Made by a program: the position numbers and the translations under genes. From an uncultured virus (IMG/VR IMGVR_UViG_3300025327_000020) (lineage: Duplodnaviria; Heunggongvirae; Uroviricota; Caudoviricetes), in IMG/VR virus record IMGVR_UViG_3300025327_000020: a stretch of 26,699 nucleotides of DNA. One strand, given 5' to 3'. Below are positions 23,269-26,699 of the stretch, piece after piece. Position 1 is the first letter of the stretch. Each line of letters opens with the position of its first letter. The notes below the pieces were generated by a model, which had not been told where the DNA came from, did no database searches, and worked only from the letters and a program-made list of their open reading frames with translations.

Positions 23269-25385
23269 TCCCAATATCTCGCCCTTTTCACGCTTATGTC
23301 AATGCCAGCGTTCGGCAAATAATGATGTCCTACTTCTAACATTATATCACAAACGCGCTTTGCTGTCAAGTCCCCCTCCTTTCCTTTAGGAATTACGTAG
23401 TGAAGTGAGTCATGGATTGTATTGACGAACTCAAGTCGTCCAGGTTCGTACCCAATCGCACCTATCGCTGCCTTCGTGATGTACGAGGCATGACTTTGTG
23501 CGGGATGATTGAGTGCCTGCCTCTTGGCACTCGCAGGGTCAAAAGTGTGAATGCGCTTCCTGTGAAGAAAGGGCGCTGGCGACTCACTATACCCTGTTGC
23601 TTGTACCATTGCCCAATGCGATTCCCCCCATTCGCGTTGGCCAGGATATGTACGGTCTTGAACTTGCATGAGTTCGGCACAGGTAGCCACGGGTAATCCG
23701 GTGATGTGTGCGAGCTTATCTGCTTCTGCACCGTACCATCTGGCAAAGTTCCAAGTCTTACCCACGCTTCGCTCAAGTCCGAGAAGTTTAGCTGTCTCTG
23801 CGTGGAAATCACGGCCCTCCTTTAGCTCCTGAATCATTCGTTTATCTTGGCTTATCTCTGCAATACACCTCAATTCTATCTGAGAATAATCTGCCATCAG
23901 TAGGTCATGTTTGGCTGGAGCACGTAGACAACGCTGCAAAATCGGGTGGAGGTTCTGCATGTTTGGGTCGTGTGACGATAGCCGACCAGTAGAAGCACCA
24001 CCAACGTCGTCTCCGTGCTCACCAGATGCCAGGGTCAGACGGTACAGACCAGATACGATATCTCGTTGCCGATATGGGTAGAGATAAGTCGTTAGGGCCT
24101 TGGTCACTTCCCTGTGTTTGAGAACTAGGTGTGCCTCTCCACTATCTAAGTCCTTGAGTGTGTCTGCTTGTGTGTCCTTGGTTGGGAAGACTTGCAAAAG
24201 TTGTGCGGGACTACGCATGTTTATACCTGGGTAAATCTGCTCAAATGTACGCTCAAGTATGCTTTGTTCTAACTCCGCCACGGCAATGGAATCCTCTAGT
24301 TTTTTCTTGTCTATCTCGTAACCACTGAACAGACTTGCATAGGTTAGCACAGGTATTATTGCCCTATCAATATCATAAGCCGTGCCAGGAAGCTGAGGTC
24401 GAAAATGCTCAAACAGTCTTTTGGTTAGGAAGACATCTTGAGCATTGTACTGTTCCTTGCCACATTCTTCACGGTTCTTGTAATCGTAGACTTTAACACC
24501 GAACAGTTGATTTGACAGGCCCTTGAGGGATAAGTCTTCATAGCCTAAGACATAGGCCATTGCCATTGTGTCGTGTATGTCTGTTACCTCAAGCCACTTA
24601 GGGTCATGCCGTGTGAGCACAGGGTAATCGAAGAGGGCGTTGTGGAAGATGACACTCTCCGGCCTTGGTGGTCTCTGACTTCTATCAAAAGAAAGGATGG
24701 CATGCGTGTTACCTTGATGTAGCATGCTCCATTCGGTAATGATAGCGGTGCGAGGGTCAAGTCCACCTTCGGTCTCAATGTCAAGAACCAGTGTATCAGT
24801 CGTGTTATGGGGTTCAAGGACATGGTAAGGGTACTCAATCTGTTCCTCTCCTTTCACACTTGCTAAGATTCGGCGTTGCAGATTCATGTTACGGGTATTC
24901 GCCGCAGTACCTTGATTATACAAGAACGATGCGGGATGATAGGCAGCGTAAGCAGTATAGCCATCCTGTTCCACCTTCTTACCCACAATGTCCTTCATTG
25001 CGAAGTTGCCAGAGAAAGCTAGTTTGCAAGCATACTTACCTAAAAGTAACAACTTCTTGACACCGACTGCCTCTAACTCTGCATCGAGTATAGGTCGCCA
25101 GCGTTCAAGGTCTTCCTTCGAGGGCTTGGCAATCTTACCATGAGCATCGTAACCAGGAAAGGTCTTGCTCATGTTCGTGACATAGTATGATGTGAGTCCT
25201 GCCTCCCTCATCATACCATCGAGCACGGCACCAGCACGGCCTATAAAGGGGCGGCCTTTACGCTCCTCTTCAGGGCCAGGACACTCTCCAATTGCTATTA
25301 GTTCATAGGGTGGTTCTCCCCTAAACTCTCCTGGTACACCCCCCTCAGCACGAATTATGTCCTGTATTTCTGTTAGGGTATCCAA
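23265..25385 (-). CDS. polA: Family A DNA polymerase with N-terminal uracil-DNA glycosylase-like domain and 3'-5' exonuclease
   Basis: UDG part: GECPG...RPFIGRAG...YVTN...YHPA. Exonuclease: LDIET, HNALFD, YNAQD. Polymerase: TGRLSS, DYSQIELR, KTWNFARWYG, IHDS. Confidence 0.92.
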   Translation of the reverse strand: MDTLTEIQDIIRAEGGVPGEFRGEPPYELIAIGECPGPEEERKGRPFIGRAGAVLDGMMREAGLTSYYVTNMSKTFPGYDAHGKIAKPSKEDLERWRPILDAELEAVGVKKLLLLGKYACKLAFSGNFAMKDIVGKKVEQDGYTAYAAYHPASFLYNQGTAANTRNMNLQRRILASVKGEEQIEYPYHVLEPHNTTDTLVLDIETEGGLDPRTAIITEWSMLHQGNTHAILSFDRSQRPPRPESVIFHNALFDYPVLTRHDPKWLEVTDIHDTMAMAYVLGYEDLSLKGLSNQLFGVKVYDYKNREECGKEQYNAQDVFLTKRLFEHFRPQLPGTAYDIDRAIIPVLTYASLFSGYEIDKKKLEDSIAVAELEQSILERTFEQIYPGINMRSPAQLLQVFPTKDTQADTLKDLDSGEAHLVLKHREVTKALTTYLYPYRQRDIVSGLYRLTLASGEHGDDVGGASTGRLSSHDPNMQNLHPILQRCLRAPAKHDLLMADYSQIELRCIAEISQDKRMIQELKEGRDFHAETAKLLGLERSVGKTWNFARWYGAEADKLAHITGLPVATCAELMQVQDRTYPGQREWGESHWAMVQATGYSESPAPFLHRKRIHTFDPASAKRQALNHPAQSHASYITKAAIGAIGYEPGRLEFVNTIHDSLHYVIPKGKEGDLTAKRVCDIMLEVGHHYLPNAGIDISVKRARYWE
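23341..23369 (-). promoter_or_regulatory. sigma70-type promoter inside the polA 3' end
   Basis: TTGACA (23369-23364), 17-nt spacer, TATAAT (23346-23341), with TG extension. Confidence 0.8.
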
Positions 25386-25615
25386 GCGTTCTCCTCTGGT
25401 GTGTCAATAAATCCAAGGGTTATATCAAAGGGGCCTAGTCTAATACATAATCCCATTTCATCGAAATGGAACAGGTAGTCTTTATCTCCTTCATGGGCAT
25501 CGAAGAAGAAATAGAATCCTAGCCCCCAATCATACCAGTAAATTGAAGCTGTGAAGAAAGGTCTGATAGTACTCAAATTATGAGGCAGACGTCTAATCCA
25601 GAGTGGCAGTTTCAT
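25373..25615 (-). CDS. Hypothetical aromatic-rich protein (80 aa)
   Basis: AGGAG RBS. It overlaps the polA start. Confidence 0.6.
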   Translation of the reverse strand: MKLPLWIRRLPHNLSTIRPFFTASIYWYDWGLGFYFFFDAHEGDKDYLFHFDEMGLCIRLGPFDITLGFIDTPEENAWIP

Positions 25616-25754
25616 TCTCTTGTTCTCCTAAAACGAACGGATAATCAACTTCCACCGCAGGTAACTCAGTCCATAGCACCCACGGGAACAGAACCACAAT
25701 CCAAGATTCTAGGTACCGGCGGAATTTTCTAGACATAAGGATAGATTCAATCAT
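25593..25754 (-). CDS. Small hypothetical protein (53 aa)
   Basis: ATG25754-TAG25593, MIESILMSRKFRRYLESWIVVLFPWVLW..., with GAGG upstream and overlaps at both ends. Confidence 0.45.
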   Translation of the reverse strand: MIESILMSRKFRRYLESWIVVLFPWVLWTELPAVEVDYPFVLGEQENETATLD

Positions 25755-25860
25755 CTTTCCTCACCCTCCACAGTACGAACAGTTCCATCCCTACCACAGC
25801 CACCGTAAGTCCGATGAACACGCCTGTTAGGAACAGAGATACTTCGGCGATGTCACGCAT
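25747..25860 (-). CDS. Small membrane protein (37 aa)
   Basis: Likely start ATG25860, MRDIAEVSLFLTGVFIGLTVAVVGMELFVLWRVRKDD. Confidence 0.55.
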   Translation of the reverse strand: MRDIAEVSLFLTGVFIGLTVAVVGMELFVLWRVRKDD

Positions 25861-26092
25861 CTCCAAACTCCTCTCCGCAGTGTGGGCAACGGCGAGTTTT
25901 TTGAATATGAATCCCATATTCCACAACATTGCGGCTCTGATACTCACTTGCAGCTTCTATGGCCTCTAGCTTTGTGTCAAACATTGGAGAATCAAATCCG
26001 ACCGGGCCAATTCCTTCACTAGATGCACTTTCATCTGTGAAAGTCCATTGTCCTTCCACTTTACGCACACAAAGGTAATTATCGCTACTCAT
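25853..26092 (-). CDS. Hypothetical protein with C-terminal CxxC (79 aa)
   Basis: Start ATG26092 with GAGGAG RBS; contains CPHCG. Confidence 0.6.
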   Translation of the reverse strand: MSSDNYLCVRKVEGQWTFTDESASSEGIGPVGFDSPMFDTKLEAIEAASEYQSRNVVEYGIHIQKTRRCPHCGEEFGDA

Positions 26093-26369
26093 GATTCTCT
26101 CCTCTCTCCCAACGCTCATACTCTCGTTGAGCCTCAATTGCGCGGTCTCTTATGTCCGCATACGCATCTCCTTCCCACTCTGACTCCTCGGCTGCCAGAA
26201 GTGCGATGTCATAGAGCGCATCGAGTAGGCCTTCAACAATATCGTCCGCTGTATAAAGGCCCCCGCGCAATTCTGGCTCTATTATACACCCTTCCAGCAC
26301 TTTTGTCAAGTCCTCTGCGCAGTGGCAGAATGATGTGGTATGTCCACAGTTGTCGCATTCAACACTCAC
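26085..26369 (-). CDS. Hypothetical protein with N-terminal Cys cluster (94 aa)
   Basis: Probable GTG26369 start with GGGAG RBS. CDNCG...CHC and an acidic C-terminus. Confidence 0.55.
   Translation of the reverse strand: MSVECDNCGHTTSFCHCAEDLTKVLEGCIIEPELRGGLYTADDIVEGLLDALYDIALLAAEESEWEGDAYADIRDRAIEAQREYERWERGENHE
26281..26309 (-). promoter_or_regulatory. sigma70-type promoter (intragenic)
   Basis: TTGACA (26309-26304), 17-nt spacer, TATAAT (26286-26281). Confidence 0.8.
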
Positions 26370-26699
26370 AGCTTTCTCCCCCCAACTGCTCATCCTGCTT
26401 GAGCATGTCTGCTTCGGTGAGGGCTCGGACATCCAACCACCAGCAAATGTCTGGGCTGTCATGCCCAGGAGAGTCGCAGCCTCCGTGCGGGACAAAGCGA
26501 TGCTCAATTACACCCATCGCTCTCCTCTGTTTCTCTACCAGTGCCCGCGAGGCGTCCAGTTGTCGCTTCAAGTGAAGGCCACAAGCAGGGTCACCATCTA
26601 CACTACACTCTAAACCCTCCTGTAACCAGCCGTTGTTGATAGTGCAGTCTCGCGCCGCTTTGTATGCTGCCACCTCAGCCTCCACTCTGTCTCGTTGAT
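26359..26699 (-). CDS. Hypothetical protein, probably 5'-truncated by the window edge
   Basis: The frame is open to the window end. Cys-containing, and overlaps the next gene. Confidence 0.55.
   Translation of the reverse strand, partial: QRDRVEAEVAAYKAARDCTINNGWLQEGLECSVDGDPACGLHLKRQLDASRALVEKQRRAMGVIEHRFVPHGGCDSPGHDSPDICWWLDVRALTEADMLKQDEQLGGESCEC

Noticed and set aside
1..26699. Alternative genetic code or diversity-generating retroelement
   Set aside because: Genes are full-length under the standard code and end in TAA, TAG and TGA. No reverse transcriptase or adenine-specific TR/VR repeat pair was seen.

Overview
A 26.7 kb fragment of a tailed dsDNA bacteriophage genome with two convergent gene blocks. 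The + strand (1-13912) carries virion and lysis genes: small beta-rich structural proteins, a short protein with a Peptidase_S74-type chaperone domain, a GC-rich tail-fibre/receptor-binding cassette with its own promoter, a holin-like protein, small basic proteins, adaptor/tail proteins and an Amidase_2 endolysin. The - strand (13987-26699) carries DNA metabolism genes: a UDG-exonuclease-PolA fusion polymerase, a trypsin-like protease, a Cas4-like exonuclease, a Rad52/Sak recombinase, an ERCC4 nuclease, a HAD 5'(3')-nucleotidase, an RNase H-like exonuclease and a class II ribonucleotide reductase. Three LAGLIDADG and one HNH free-standing endonuclease genes are interspersed, and there are six near-perfect sigma70 promoters. 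The most notable feature is an RNA gene cluster at 15946-16229 (-). It holds an 82-nt mini-tmRNA made of only the alanine-accepting tRNA-like domain with no tag reading frame, an atypical tRNA-His (A-1/U73), and an unassigned ~110-nt long-hairpin RNA. All calls come from reading the sequence by eye; no searches were run.
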